Part shown: positions 11,331 to 23,549 of the stretch, piece by piece | Layout: every line of letters begins with the position of its first letter | Numbering within the stretch: the first letter of the stretch is position 1 | NCBI GenBank assembly: GCA_964016885.1 | Contig: OZ024742.1 | Coordinates: 138,942,001 to 139,006,000 of the forward strand | From: Eledone cirrhosa | Lineage: Eukaryota | DNA length: 64,000 nt | Reading direction: 5' to 3' | Notes under the pieces: model-generated | What the model was told of the DNA's origin: nothing | What the model saw: the letters and a program-made list of their open reading frames with translations, nothing else | Database searches by the model: none | Made by a program: the position numbers and the translations under genes

Positions 11331-14297
11331 AATAATGAGAAAAATTCAATGCAAGGATGGCTACCAAAGCAGCAAACGCCATCAACGATGGCGTCTGGTA
11401 AAATCTTACCTCAAAGGATAGGAATCGCCGCTAGAAAGGGCAGCAAGGCCTAGAGCAACGGATCTGATAGCAAGTGGAAGTGACAAGCAATGTTTCTTTC
11501 TTGCTTCTTCTTTCCTTCTCGTCCCCTTCTCCTACCCGTCGCTCTTGTAGCTCGGCTAGAGCCGCTACTTACCCGAATTGAGAAATCACAGCTCCAATAT
11601 TACATTCATGAGGTTAGAATATCTCAGGGAAAATCGCTGGAGTGCTTTTACGGGCGAATCCAACCGACAGGAGACTCAAGACTAGACCCCGAGCAAGATG
11701 GTTGGATAACATCCATGAGTTCAACTGGTCTCGCTTGGGGATCCAGCTGGACCAATTGGAGTCGGTTGTTTCTGACAGGACCCGCTGGAAGGAGTGTGTG
11801 AGGATTCTTCCCCTGCGACACTCCCAGGAATAAGTGTGTGAAGAAATAAGACATTGAAACTTATTGCAAAACTCTTGTTAACTTAATACATTAATTTTTA
11901 TATGAAAACATTAAACTCTGCGTCAACTCTAGGCTATGGTAGCAGGCAGTATGGTTAATCCCAAAAGCTATTAATCCTGAAGAGAACGTTTTAGCCACTC
12001 AGAAATTGATGTTGAAACTCATATTAAATCTTTTGGAATCCTTTTTGAATTACTTACTGACGGAGCATGGTTTCTTGACTTACTAGAAATAACAGCAAAA
12101 TATATCTCAATTCATATTCTACCTTCATGAAAAATGAAGAACGCATTATGTAATGTAGTCTTAAAACACTATCCCTGAATACAATGCCAGTTGGTTAAAA
12201 ACTGAAAACCTTTGATCATAAGTCTGCTCATGTTGTGCTGATCTACTGCTAAACAACAAAAACTTTTTACTGCTTCTGTATCTCTTCCGTCTCATTTTCA
12301 TGCGAGTTTTACTTATTGACTATTCCGTCTTATTTTCAAAAGGACTCTACATTCTGAATTTTCCATTCCATTTTCAGGAGAGCTTTACATACTGATTTTT
12401 CCATCTCATTTTTCAGGAGAGCTGTACATACTGTCGATTTCTGGTCTATTTAGTCGGGAAAGTTCGGGACATATCTACCGCATCCAAAGTAGGATTAGGT
12501 AAGCTTCTTTTGTTTTGTTTTTATTCTGTTTTTTTTTGTTTTTTTTTAAATAGCAAGTAACGAACTGCAGTTGATAGAAAGCTCCGAGTAAATTAATTTT
12601 ACGATAAAAGTGCGGTTCATGAGAAAGGAATGAATGTTAAAACCCTCAATCATTCATGTCCTGAAGCAAGAAGATAGAATTGGATTATTCAACACATCGA
12701 TTTTAAATTCAGTTTTAGTTTTAAAACTAATTGTTTCAATTAGTTTTAAAATATAGACACAGTGGCTAATAATGATTTCCGAGGTACATTTTGTAGATGG
12801 TGGGTATGTATGAGAGCAAGATGTACTTACTCCTTGGTCCATCTGAGAGGTCAGTAGTAGAGATTAAGTACTGACTTGACCAATCAAGTCCTGTCCAACC
12901 CTTGCTAACAAGGGGAAACGGAGTTAAATGCTGGTAGTGATGATACAATGTCATCTAATTTTAAGTGAGGGAGCCAATTAAATCGGTTTCATTACTTGAC
13001 TGTCGAAAGAATTTGAATTCAGATGGTACTAGAGCGATAGATGGATGAACTATGAACATTTTATCATAACTCTAGCACTACCATCTTCCAAGTTGAATTC
13101 GGTGCTTCTTATTGTAGTACCAGCACTATCATCTTACGAGTTAAACTGGGTGCCTTTCATCATGGCACCAGCCCTAACACCCTACAGGATGGACTGGGTG
13201 CTTTTTATCATAGCACAGTACTACCACCTTACAGAATAGATTGGGTGCCTTTTATTTTGGCCCCAACACTACAACTTGACAGTTTTATCCTAACATCAGC
13301 ACTATCTCATTTGGCAGAGCTAGTATTAATGAGCGAGTCTTTTGTAGAACAGCTAGTTCCCAGTCAACGTCTCTTTTATGAGGTTTGGTTTCTTGAGTAT
13401 CTTCCGAAAAGTCTAAAGTCTGCCTTGAGTCCGGAAGCTCATCAGGTCGGTGCTTTCCCGGTTTCTGTGGCCTTAAGCGACTGGGAGTATAAGACAGGAT
13501 GTCATTCTATCACAGGATTAAATCCCCAGCTACTGCAGATACTCATTTTGAGTATACTGGAGCAGCGTGAAATGAAGTGTTTTGCTCAAGAACACAACGC
13601 ACAACCCAGTCGAGGAATCGAACTTACAATGTTATGATTGTAAGTTCAATACCCTTACTACTAGATCATGGACCTCCGCAGTAGTTTACTAAAACTACTA
13701 TTTATAGTTTTCGCTCTCGCATATTTCTATTAGTCCGATAAATATACTTGACCTCAGTAATTTAATTGTTTCTACTTTAGGCACAAGGCCAGCAAATTAT
13801 CCAGTACATTACTGGTACTTTATTTTATCGACCCCATAAGGATGAAAGGCAAAGTTAACCTCGGCGGGATTTGAACTCAGACTGTAAACCCTCTACCGAT
13901 ACTGCCAATTCACCATAGTAATTTAATGGTTTCTTATATAGACACAAGGCCAGTAATTTGGAGGGAGGGGAAAGTCGATTAAATCAATGCCAGTGCGTGA
14001 CTGGTACTTTATTTTATCGACCCCATAAGGATAAAAGGCAAAGTTAACCTCGGCGGGATTTGAGCTCAGATCATAAAGGGCCGTAACTCTATGCTGCAAA
14101 GCATGGCGTCTGACCCTCTAGACCTCAGTAATTTAATAGTATTTGTTTCATTGACCTTCTCGCCAACAGTTTCTTTTAATAATATATTTTCTTTCTTTGA
14201 CAGAGATGGAAGCTCACACCACCAAGCCAGTTCTATTTTTATAACAGTCATCTTGTTTATTACTTTGTTTATCAAAGCGAATATATTCCATGGATAA
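1756..14297 (+). CDS. HHIPL: HHIP-like protein (HHIPL/HIPL1 family, GSDH beta-propeller), 3' part; 5 exons: 1756-1906, 6946-7078, 10547-10689, 12417-12498, 14204-14297(stop)
   Basis: Spliced translation [36 protein letters not shown]...[46 protein letters not shown]...[17 protein letters not shown]... matches the recalled HHIPL motifs [38 protein letters not shown]. All GT-AG. Junctions 2-4 are in phase; junction 1 is off by 1 nt. 5' exons lie upstream of the window. Confidence 0.88.
2207..2709 (-). mobile_element. Helentron-associated non-autonomous element (HINE/DINE-1-like)
   Basis: ACTAGC + GC-rich hairpin region at one end, GCTTTATAATATTATAGAT at the other, internal CT and TACA microsatellites. 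Confidence 0.6.
2710..3150 (+). mobile_element. Helitron/Helentron-type fragment, 3' end
   Basis: Hairpin CCGTGGAA-A-TTCCACGG followed about 10 nt later by CTAGT. Confidence 0.5.
4128..4295 (+). mobile_element. tRNA-derived SINE (family A)
   Basis: GGCGGCGAAATGGCAGAGTCG...GTTCAAATCCCGCTGAGGTCAAC...GGGGTCGATAAAA. Confidence 0.7.
4554..4895. mobile_element. MITE with ~26-35 bp terminal inverted repeats
   Basis: CCATGACGAAATTCATGAAGCGAAAT at 4554 and its exact reverse complement ending at 4895. Confidence 0.7.
5774..6879. mobile_element. Penelope-like remnant bounded by 115-bp inverted pseudo-LTR segments, each carrying a hammerhead motif
   Basis: 5774-5888 and 6765-6879 are reverse complements with a few mismatches; each contains CCGATGA-stem-GAAAC-GATT-GTC then AATAAA. 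Confidence 0.6.
6789..6835 (+). ncRNA. Minimal type I hammerhead ribozyme-like motif (U4C core variant); mirror copy on the - strand at 5818-5864
   Basis: TGCT-CCGATGA-stem II (TCCAAAC/GTTTGGA perfect in the - copy)-GAAAC-GATT-GTC-AGCA. Confidence 0.55.
6946..7078 (+). CDS. HHIPL: HHIP-like exon B ([43 protein letters not shown])
   Basis: Pyrimidine tract + cgcag acceptor, gtaggt donor; GGYVYRG / YVFGDF motifs; lies within ORF 6858..7082. Confidence 0.88.
7484..8537 (-). mobile_element. Helentron-associated element (HINE-like)
   Basis: ACTAGC...CCCGGCGTTGCTCGGG hairpin at one end, TTTTAGATATATAGAT at the other; module 8249-8372 is shared with 57810-57910 and 58311-58445. Confidence 0.65.
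8558..8880 (+). repeat. Dispersed repeat, second copy at about 22558-22860 (unclassified, possibly a LINE 5' region)
   Basis: Collinear similarity over ~300 bp (CCATGTAA.CCAGTACAA, GAGTGGTCAG, GGAACCCCA.CAGCACAAAAA, TAAATAGCCTCA). Confidence 0.65.
9061..9339 (-). mobile_element. tRNA-derived SINE (family B); other copies about 13415-13677(-), 23037-23312(+), 43716-44050(+), 5500-5680(-)
   Basis: GGAGGCGCATGG..TAGTGGT A-box, TTCGATTCC B-box, GTGTTCTT.AGCAA..CACTTCATTTCACATTG core, CTGCGATG.ACTGGCGTCCTGTC block. Confidence 0.8.
10547..10689 (+). CDS. HHIPL: HHIP-like exon C ([47 protein letters not shown])
   Basis: ttacag acceptor, gtaatt donor, phase 2 in / phase 1 out; SFGED motif. Confidence 0.87.
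11246..11328. repeat. (GT)n microsatellite
   Basis: About 41 perfect GT units. Confidence 0.95.
11560..11835 (+). mobile_element. LINE (RTE-like) 3' fragment; related copies about 9540-9760(+) and 23850-24120(-)
   Basis: RIEKSQLxYY, [21 protein letters not shown]-terminal ORF2 motifs. Confidence 0.65.
12285..12436 (+). repeat. 4-unit 38-39 bp tandem repeat spanning the HHIPL exon D splice acceptor
   Basis: ttccgtctcattttcatgcgagttttacttattgacta / ttccgtcttattttcaaaaggactctacattctgaatt / ttccattccattttcagGAGAGCTTTACATACTGattt / ttccatctcatttttcagGAGAGCTGTACATACTG. Confidence 0.75.
12417..12498 (+). CDS. HHIPL: HHIP-like exon D ([27 protein letters not shown]); in-frame alternative acceptor at 12378
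   Basis: tttcag acceptor, gtaagc donor; GELY...G.IYRI motif closes the propeller. Confidence 0.85.
13767..14120 (-). mobile_element. Two tandem family A SINEs with a triplicated target site
   Basis: GACCTCAGTAATTTAAT at 13750-13766 and 14121-14137; AGTAATTTAAT between the copies at 13917-13927. Confidence 0.8.
14204..14297 (+). CDS. HHIPL: HHIP-like terminal exon ([31 protein letters not shown]), GPI-signal/TM-like tail
   Basis: Pyrimidine tract + gacag acceptor in matching phase 2; small residues followed by a hydrophobic stretch and TAA. Confidence 0.7.
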
Positions 14298-15646
14298 ATG
14301 TTGTATATTACTAAAGGTGTTATTCTGATAAACGCTGTATGTTGATAAATGTCCAAATCCCACCGAGGTCAAACTATCTTTCATCCTTTCTAGGCCTAAA
14401 AATAATGTACCAGTCCAATTCTGGGTTCTTCCTCTATATCTCTTTTTCACCCCCACCTTCTCTCTCATACATTCTCCATTTTCTGGAAGAAATCGGCTGT
14501 ATTCAGACGTGGAAATAGATGAGTTTGCCAGATTTATATGCCCCAGTCACATTATAAATCACTACAACACTCCTCCAGCTCAATCAACAATTAGAAGCTG
14601 TATAAAAAGGTGCAGGACTTTCAAAGTAAATGAAAGCTATGGAAAAGGAAGACCGGAGAAAACTTGGATGACCTTGCACAATTAGATCTCCCTAAGATGG
14701 CACAGGATCGCAATCTCTGGCATTATGATGTACTGCAGAAAACCTGCCTTCCCATATGTACACAATAAAACAAACATGTAGAGGACACTAGCCTGCTTCG
14801 ATCGTCCCCCTACCCCTGCTTGTCTTAATATCCTGCTCACTTCATCAATGTTCATCTTGCTTACTCCCTCCCATCTCCACCTTCCTCACTCCTGTCCTGT
14901 TCAACACATGCGTACAAACATGGTAAAAATGGATACACTCCAAATCTGCTCTCCTCCCTTCCATAATCAGGGTCGGATTTCAATCTTGGGCGGCCCGGGG
15001 CACTTCAGCTTTGGGGGTCACACATACACAAAAAATTAAAATACACAGCAAACACCCAATTTTACATATCCAAGTTGGCTTGACGCAAGTAAATAGAATT
15101 GTAAGTTATACATACACGTATTAAATTTAAAAAAATCTAACCATCCTCATTTTATGTCCAATTTCCCCATTAGCATGTGTTGGATAGGTTGTCATAGTCC
15201 AAGACCACACATATCGGAGTGACCTCATCTTGATTATACATTACATATTTTCATGGTTTCTGACTGAATGCCCTTCCCAATGTAACCAATTTAGGGTGTT
15301 TACTGGGTGCATTGATTTTGCGATAACACCACTTTACACAGTTGAGTAGCTATATTCTATTGATGCACCAACACTAACAATTTACATGATGTACTGAGTA
15401 CATTTTATCATGGCACTAGTACTAAAGAGGTTGTCATATGCTAAGCCAGACGAAAGCGTTCCCTTAAGCACAATATTATCTCCATTCGATTGCCAAACAT
15501 TGTAGCCTCCTATCTCTCACCACACGTATTTTTTAGTGTCTCGCTACTTGTACATACATACAAATATTTATATATATATATACTGTATATACATACATAT
15601 ACAATATACATTCACATATATATATATACACACACACATATACATT

Positions 15647-15680
<34 letters not shown>

Positions 15681-15809
15681 CCAGAATCAGTTCCCGTATG
15701 AGCAAGACAAGGTCAGCCGACCAGACACTGCCCACAACAGGACAACCCGTCTAACCCATGCTTGCGTGGAAGAACGGACGTAAAACGGTGATGATGATAT
15801 ATATATATA

Positions 15810-17010
15810 TATGTATTGTTGTTATGAGATGCGAGTTTCATTTCTGTTGTGGGCGGATACCATGGGGCCCAAGCCTTGGGTGTACCTTAAAGGTGATGCC
15901 AACATCATTTGGGCAATGCTGATGGAATATTTTCCACATCATGCAGATGATGTAGTGCTCACGGCGGCGTTGGTGAGAATAAAGTTTGAGTTTTTCTAGT
16001 CGACCCCAATAGTCAAGATTTGACATACCATCTATCTTTTTTGTGATTGACCTTTGAAGTGCTTCAACTTTCATACCTTGTTTTGTGTGGGGAGACCACA
16101 GTGGACAACAGTATTCAAGGTGGGGGTCAAGCAAAAGTGGAGAAGAGAAGGAGAATAGTGTGGATATCTTCCAACTGGACGGTTCTGAGAATCCAGGAAC
16201 ACATTCTGCAAGCCATGTCAACTTTGCTGTTTATATGAGTGGCCCAGCTTATGTTGTCCACAATTACTCCCAAGTCATTGATGTTGATGGGTGCCATGAG
16301 AATTTCACCTGAAGGAAGGGAGTTTAGGATTTTCAGGGCATCCTCTTTTCTAAAGTGGATTAATTCAAATTTATCCTCATTCAGCTGCATATTGTGCTTT
16401 TCCGGCCATTGTATAACAGCCAGTAGATAGGATTAAAGTGTTGTCCGGTCACCCACTCCATTGATGACTTTCAGGAACTTAGAATCTTCTGAAAAGATTC
16501 TTATGTTGCTGTGCTTGATGATGTCAGTAATGTCATTTATATAGAAGATGAAAAGAAGTAGGCCAACACAATGCCTTGTGGGACACCACTACTGACTTTG
16601 GCTGGGCTGAATTTTACTCTTTCAACTACATGTTGGTCTCTGTCTGTCAGGAAACACTTGATCCACTGCAATAACTTTCAAGAGACACCAAAGTAGAATC
16701 TTGTGATCAACCCTGTCAAAGGCCTTGCTGAAATCAAGGTAGATGACATCAGTGTTAGAGCCCTCTCCCAAACCTCTCAAAATGTCATCAAAGTGATGAA
16801 GTAGCTGCCTTAGGCAATCCCTTCCATTACCGAACCCATGTTGGTTGGAGTTCAGCAGATTGTTGCTTTCAAGAAAGTGAGTTATTCATAATCTCATCAC
16901 CCTCTCAAATACCTTAATGATATGAGAGGTGAGTGAGATCGGAGAGTAATTCACAGCAAGGGACTTGTTTCCCTTTTTGAAAACTGGGACAACAGACTGG
17001 GATAGTAGTA
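15810..17010 (-). mobile_element. CR1-group LINE, decayed reverse transcriptase / 3' ORF2
   Basis: Minus-strand QHGF, DVIYLDFSKAFDRVDH, GVPQG, YINDI, MQLNEDKF, HLEYCCPLWSP, LDYWGRLEKLKLYS..RR; frameshifts. Confidence 0.85.
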
Positions 17011-18509
17011 ATCAGCATAGGCACCTTTTAATTCAATATACATCCTACACCACCACACTTCATACACCACCCTGACTATGTAAAGTTATGTTGGTACCAC
17101 AAAACATCCAGCCCACACTGTAAACTGGTCGGGTAGGAGTCACAACAAAACGTACCCAGTCCACACTGTAAAGTGGTCGTGTAGGAGACACGGTAAAATG
17201 CACCCAGCATACACTGTAAATGTAGTTGGCGTTAAGAAGGGCATCCAGATATAGAAAACCAGCCCAAAACTGTCCTATATGAGCAAGACACGGGCACCCA
17301 ACCCAACTTGCCTCTAAATGGGGACAAACCCATGCTAGTAAAGGAAGATGGACGTTAAACGATGATGATGATAATATATATATATATATATATATATATT
17401 TCCGTCTAACACATACTAGCATTTAAGTGGACGTTAAACAATGATGATGATGTTTACATATACATACATATATGTATGTCATCCAGCCTTAGAATGCATG
17501 CCAAACAAAGGGTTGGAAGGACTCGAGTTATGGTGCACTTGGTAGAAAGTTAAACTGTATGTAAATAAGATACAGACCCTCAGTCTGTCAGGAATGTATG
17601 AGGTGCCACTTCAGTACTGACTTGGTTTATGTGGACCTGTCCAACCCTTGCTGCCAATGAAAGTGGATGTTAATGATGATGATGATGATGATGACATATA
17701 TATATATATATATATCCTAATTATTATTCCCACAGCAACTGTTCTATGCTGACATGATCTGGACAAGTCTTTTTTAGGTAGTATTTTAAGCCCTAATACT
17801 CTGACAAAAACTCTTTTAGTCGCCTTTTATGATATGCAGTGATATGGTGTACCTATTATAAAAACCACGATATATTTACATATATGTATGAAGGTGCAAA
17901 AAAAATGACAAACACAGAGAAAAATTACACAAAATATTATTAGTTTAACACTTGTTGGAAAAAGAATGTCCTAGTCTTTCATAAGAAAAGATTGAAGTGG
18001 TTGCATGAAAAAAGAAGGTAAAAGAATGAGGGAGCATTACGCATATTTATTTCCTAACCCGTGCCAGCATGGGAATATGGATGTAAAATAATGGTGATAA
18101 TATACTGAAAATAGCCAAAAATTTCAAACAGAAATAGATTCATAGATGGTGATCACCCAGTCAATTATTTGACCCCGTTTCTGATGATACTGGCTATACT
18201 TCTGCACACGCATTTTACAAACTGAAAGATGTCTGGACGGAAAGTGAATTATTTTATTGATAAGATTTGTGTGAATGATAATAAGAACTGTTTGTAATGG
18301 TGTGTGAGAGAGAGTAATGTCAATTAGACAGTGTAATTAAGAACTAGATGAGAGATTAGCTGTTCACATCCTATTACTAGCATTAGGCTGAGTTCACAGC
18401 CAAAATAATTATCTCTCATGTTTCCCTGTCCATCTAACTGAAAACAGTAGTAGCAGTACTATAAAATTGACCACTATTATCTTATCTATTGCCCTTAGAC
18501 AAGACAGCA

Positions 18510-19250
18510 AGCATAACTTCATGCCAACAATCTGTCTCCCTTCATGGTTTGTAGGTCTTATTAATTAGAGTGTCTCTTGCTATGGTATCCTGTCATTTGG
18601 AATTTCTGGTAGAGGAAGTCTTCCACATAAAAGGTCTGAAACCACCTCATCTTTTGCATGGAGGCAGTGACCAGCAAGCCTTGCATGACCTTCAGTCAGT
18701 TGTGCACTTCTTGCTTTGAGGATTTTCTGTACATCTGATTAAGCATGGGATGGGTCTGCCAAGGGATTTTGAGTCTTCCTCTGAAGGGTAGTGTAACATC
18801 CATATAAATGGCTCTGTAGATAGGATTCCAAGTTTCAAGTCTCAGAACCATAGGCTCTACTGTTGTTCTAAACAGGTTGATTTTAAATTTGTTTGGTATA
18901 TTGGATTTCCAAATTTTAGCTAATTAATGTAATGCATTCCATGCCAGGACTACGTTTTTGGAAATTTTTTCCGAGTTCATTATGAAGGAACCAAGGTACT
19001 TACTGTCTTCTACTCACTTTAAGGGTTTCCTGTTTACTGTGACTATGCTAACCTCCCAATTCTGTTGAGATAAACTTAGTTTTTTAGTCATTGCAGTAGA
19101 GTCTAACATGACCAACAGCTAATTCCAGCACATGAAGGAGCGATTGGGAATTTGCTACTGAGTTTGAGGGGAGAGACAGATCATCAGTAAAGTCTAGATC
19201 GGTGACAAATTCAGCAGGATATCTTCAAGAACCACCCTTGGTTATAAAGG
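18510..19250 (-). mobile_element. LINE RT fragment (RTE-like), decayed
   Basis: Minus-strand FVTDLDFTDDLSL, YLGS, IWKSNIP..FKINLFRTTVEP. Confidence 0.7.
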
Positions 19251-19689
19251 AAAATGGCAGCAAGTACACAACTACCACCTGGTAGGGATACAAGCTAAGC
19301 AAAGTGGAAATGCTTTAATTAACTGAAAACTGGAACAGACAGCTCCCTTAATGACATCAAGTACCAATGTGGCCCATAAACACAAACTATAGAACAGCTA
19401 TTGTGATTCCATCTAATGTAAGAACCATGCACTTCTGGTGACCTTGCAATGTACAATGATGAGTTGTGTTTGGATTGGATTGAACAAATTTTATCTGAAT
19501 GTGAAGTATAATGGTTCTTGTGGCTCTGGAGAAAACATCCCCACTTCAGAATTCAGTTTCTCTGACCCATGTTGCTACTGGGTTCTGATCTAAATTTGTT
19601 GTGTGATATAGCTTGTGTTCTAGGTGATGAATTGGCAAAGTTGTTAGAATGTTGGATGGAATACTTAGTGGTTTTCATTCTGGCTCTCA

Positions 19690-19865
19690 TCATCATCAAC
19701 ATCATCATCATCGTTTAATGTCCATCTTCCACGCTTGCATGGGTTTGGACGGGAGTTTTCCCACTTGAGGCAAGATTAGTTGTCCTGCTCGTATAGGACT
19801 GTCTGGCGGGTTTTCTACGGCTGGATGCCCTTCCTAACACCAACCACGTTTACAGTGTGGACTGA
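19690..19865 (-). mobile_element. SINE family C 3' part with RTE-like (GAT)n tail; near-identical copies at 25567-25745 and 58096-58242; related copies at 17080-17370, 29340-29620, 32227-32470, 53040-53545
   Basis: CATCATCGTTTAA.GTCCATCTTCCACGCTTGCATGGGTTTGGACGGG...GGCTGGATGCCCTTCCTAACACCAACC. Confidence 0.8.
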
Positions 19866-20231
19866 CCACCAACGATAACTTTGTCTTTCCTCCATTTGAG
19901 GTTGATAAAAAAAGTACCAGTCAAGTACTGTGGTCGATTCTTCCTCTATATTTCTTACACACTTCCATTCTCTCAATATTTATCCTTCTCTGGAAGAAAT
20001 CTGCTATATTCAGACCTAGAAAGGAGACGGGCTCCACCTGGTTTGTAAATACAGTGCCCCTATTACTCACGAGTTATGAAACCATGATAGCTAGTGTTCA
20101 ACATCCTATTCTGCATTAAATACATCATGTACAGGTGTTCACCATCAAGAGGACAGCATCCTTGATATTCATCACCAAGAGGACAAGATTTTCTTAATAG
20201 CCATGAGGTATAGCCACCGTCTGTGTAGTTG

Positions 20232-20446
20232 GTGGTGGATTGGCAGTATCGGTAGAGGGTCGGACGCCATGCTTTGACGCATAGAGTTACGGCCCTTTAT
20301 GATCTGAGTTCAAATCCCGCTGAGGTTAACTTTGCCTTTCATCCTTACGGGGTCGATAAAATAAAGTACCAGTCACGCACTGGGGTCAATTTAATCGACT
20401 TTCCCCTCCCCCAAAATTGGTGGCCTTGTGCCTATATAAGAAACCA
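20232..20446 (+). mobile_element. Full-length family A SINE; further copies about 51757-51931(-), 31035-31170(-), 34625-34750(+), 46300-46460(+)
   Basis: Intact A-like/B boxes, core and GGCCTTGTGCCTATATAAGAAACC tail. Confidence 0.85.
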
Positions 20447-21104
20447 CTATTATACAGGACAAGAGACTAGTGTAAGGTTAAGAGAAAAAAGTCTCCCCTT
20501 CCCCAATTGATACAAAAATAAGTACAAATTAAACATATTATTACTCCATAAGAGAATTCCTCAAAAACACCCAAAATACACATAAATAAAGTAAAGAACT
20601 TGTGTCTTTACCTATAAATATCTATCCAACACCCTAGTTGGTAACTATGATGGTTTGGAAAAAGGAATAAGAAATTATACTAAACAAACATGTTTTACAT
20701 GTAAATGTGTTTTATTTATTTCCTCCATTTTTTTTCTTGGGGGGGAGGGGTATTTTAGAAAAGGAAATAAGATAAAGAAAAGGCATTACCCACAATATTG
20801 TCTCTATTTTTGGCAGTGCTTATGTAGTGTATCTTCTAGCATGTCTATATACACAATGGCCTTTCTATAAAGCAGATTGATGTTTTACATTTATCGCAGA
20901 TTCTAGCAATCTTTCTGTAAAGTAAGCTCTTCAATGTTGCTTGAACCCCAGCTGTAGTGACCTCTTCGAAGTGTATTGTCCAATGTTACATGTATTACAA
21001 ACCACAATGAGATCATCCAACACCACTACACAATGTTGGTTTGTTTTTTATTACAACTGTACCAATCTTTTGCAAAGAAGACAACCCAGCAATGCTTATT
21101 ATCA

Positions 21105-21535
21105 CAAATGTATATCATGGAGTATTGCCTGTATTACAAATGTAGAGGTATCACATAGTACAGTCTATATTACAAATGTAGATATCTACTCTGTAAATCA
21201 AACACTATTGTCTGTATTACAAATGCAGAGATCCTACACTTTATATCATATAGTATTGCCCATATTACAAATGTAGAAATGTTTACACTTCATATCACAT
21301 AGTCCTGCTTGTACTACAAATGTAGAGAATCTACACCGTATATAACATAGTATTGCCCGTATTACAAATTTAAATATATCACATAGTACTTCTTGTATTA
21401 AAAATGTAGAGATTTTTACACAGCATCACACAGTACTGCCTGTATTACAAATGTAAAAATCCCTACACAGTATATCACATAGTACTACCAGTAGTGCATA
21501 TGTAGATATCTCTACAAACAAATTTTACTGCCTGT
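21105..21535. repeat. Degenerate ~45-50 bp minisatellite (TATTACAAATGTAGA...ATCACATAGTA)
   Basis: About 9 diverged units. Confidence 0.7.
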
Positions 21536-21684
21536 AGAAAGTATTATGACTAGTTTTTTAATCTGTAACACTGTTTACACATCATGTCACTATGGTAACA
21601 ACTATTTGTTGTCATAACAGTGCCCATAATAGCATATCAACTGTTACATCACTACATGTCAGCACTAATTACATATCATGTCAG

Positions 21685-22075
21685 TCCAGGATCTACATGT
21701 GTTAGAGAGGCACCAGCATCCATTAGATGTCATCAGAGTCTACATGTGTTAAGTATCAGTGTCCATTAGATGTCACCAGAGTCTACATATATTAGAGAGG
21801 TACCAGTGTCCACTAGATGTCAACAGGGTCTACATGTGTTACAGAAGTACAAAGCTGTATGCACCATATCACCAGGACTACATGTTACAGAGGTACAAGG
21901 CTGTACACACCATATCATCAGGACTACATGTTACAGAGGTACAAGGCTGTACACACCATATCATCAGGACTGTATTACAGAGGCACCAGCGTCCATTAGA
22001 TGTCACAAGGGTCTACATGTGTTTTATAGGTACAAGGCTAAACATGCCAAGTCACCAGGGTCTACACACCATGTC
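21685..22075. repeat. Degenerate ~43-46 bp minisatellite (CTACATGT..AGAGGTAC...)
   Basis: About 8 units in two variants. Confidence 0.7.
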
Positions 22076-23549
22076 ACCAATATTTACACCCAAAACAAAA
22101 AATGCAGTGTCCAAATGATTTAAACCATAACAAATATATAATTAAAAAAATAAATATATCTTCTTTTTTTTTAACCAACTGAGTAAAACAATAGATCACA
22201 GAAACATATAAATGAGCAGCAAAAATAGTCAAATAAAACTTGTGATTATAGACATACAATAACAAGAATATATCACAAAAATAAATAAACTTTAAATAAA
22301 AACAATGAGAAAAACTCCCAACAAAATATCCTGAAATTATCACCCAAAATATAAATAAAAATTAAGAATAAATCTCTGCAAAAGACAATTTCTCTGATGA
22401 AACTCAATTGATAAATCACATAGAAAAACTAACATAGTCCCTTTTTAAATGAACTATTATATTGAGAATAGCATAGAGCTATTAATTTCCCTCTCTTTTC
22501 TTTTGAGTTTTAATCTGTGCTATATTTCATACAGGTCAGGTGTCTGCCTGCTACTGGCACCATGTAAGCCAGTACAACCAGATTCATTGTTGAGTGGTCA
22601 GCAACTAAACTGGCTCTTGGGTAACTGGAACCCCAGCAGCACAAAAAAACAAGAGTTTTTAAGGGGGGGGGGGGGACAAATTCCTCAGGGTCAACGGCTA
22701 TCCACCCCAACTATTAGATAAATAGCCTCATCAACTCGCATTTGGCCAAGCTTGGTGACTACGGCTTCACATCTGAAGACATGACCAAAACAGAAAGTGG
22801 TAGTCATCCAAGGATGGGTTCCTCCAAAAGGAGTGAGAAGGCTCTGGACTGAATTGGATTGAATATTTCATACAATCTATTTTCAGATCACAAGAATATC
22901 TTGTTGATCAATAGATAAACTGACCAAGAACATATAGGAAATAAAAAAGTATATGTTGCTGGTCAGATTCCAATACACACCTCATTTTTTTAGTCAATAT
23001 AGAATTGTTGATCTTTACTTTATCTCACCAAACATGTGGAGGTACATGAACTAGTGGTAAGGATGTTGAACTTACAATCATGTCATGGGTTCGATTCCTG
23101 GACTGAGTTGTGTGTTGCGTTCTTGAGCAAAACACTTCATTTCACATTGTTCCAGTATACTCAGCTGAAAATGAGTACCAGTAATAGATGGGTTTTAACC
23201 TTGCAATGGACTGCCGTACTATCCAAGGAGGAGTCTTGTACTCTGTTACTTCATGCTACAGAAATCAGGATAAGCACCGACCTGATGAGCCTCGAAACTC
23301 GAGATAGACTTTAGACGTTTTGAACCAAACATTAACATAGACTTTTCCAATTCAGTTCATGCCAATGTAGCCACTTGTTCTAATGACTATTCTGATAAAA
23401 ATATAGTTTAGTTAGAAAGGCAAAAATGACAGAATTATAGTCCCCATGTTATTACTGCGAGAAGTTAGATAAAAATGAAGGGATGGGGAGGACAGAAATA
23501 TAAAGTGTAGGTCCCTGAAGTAATGAAGTGTCTTCTCAATAATTAAATC

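Noticed and set aside
23281-23305. CTGATGAGCCTCGAAAC hammerhead-like core
   Set aside because: Lies in the family B SINE tail; other copies (9061-9095, 25965-25990) do not conserve GAAA, and there is no stem III or cleavage site
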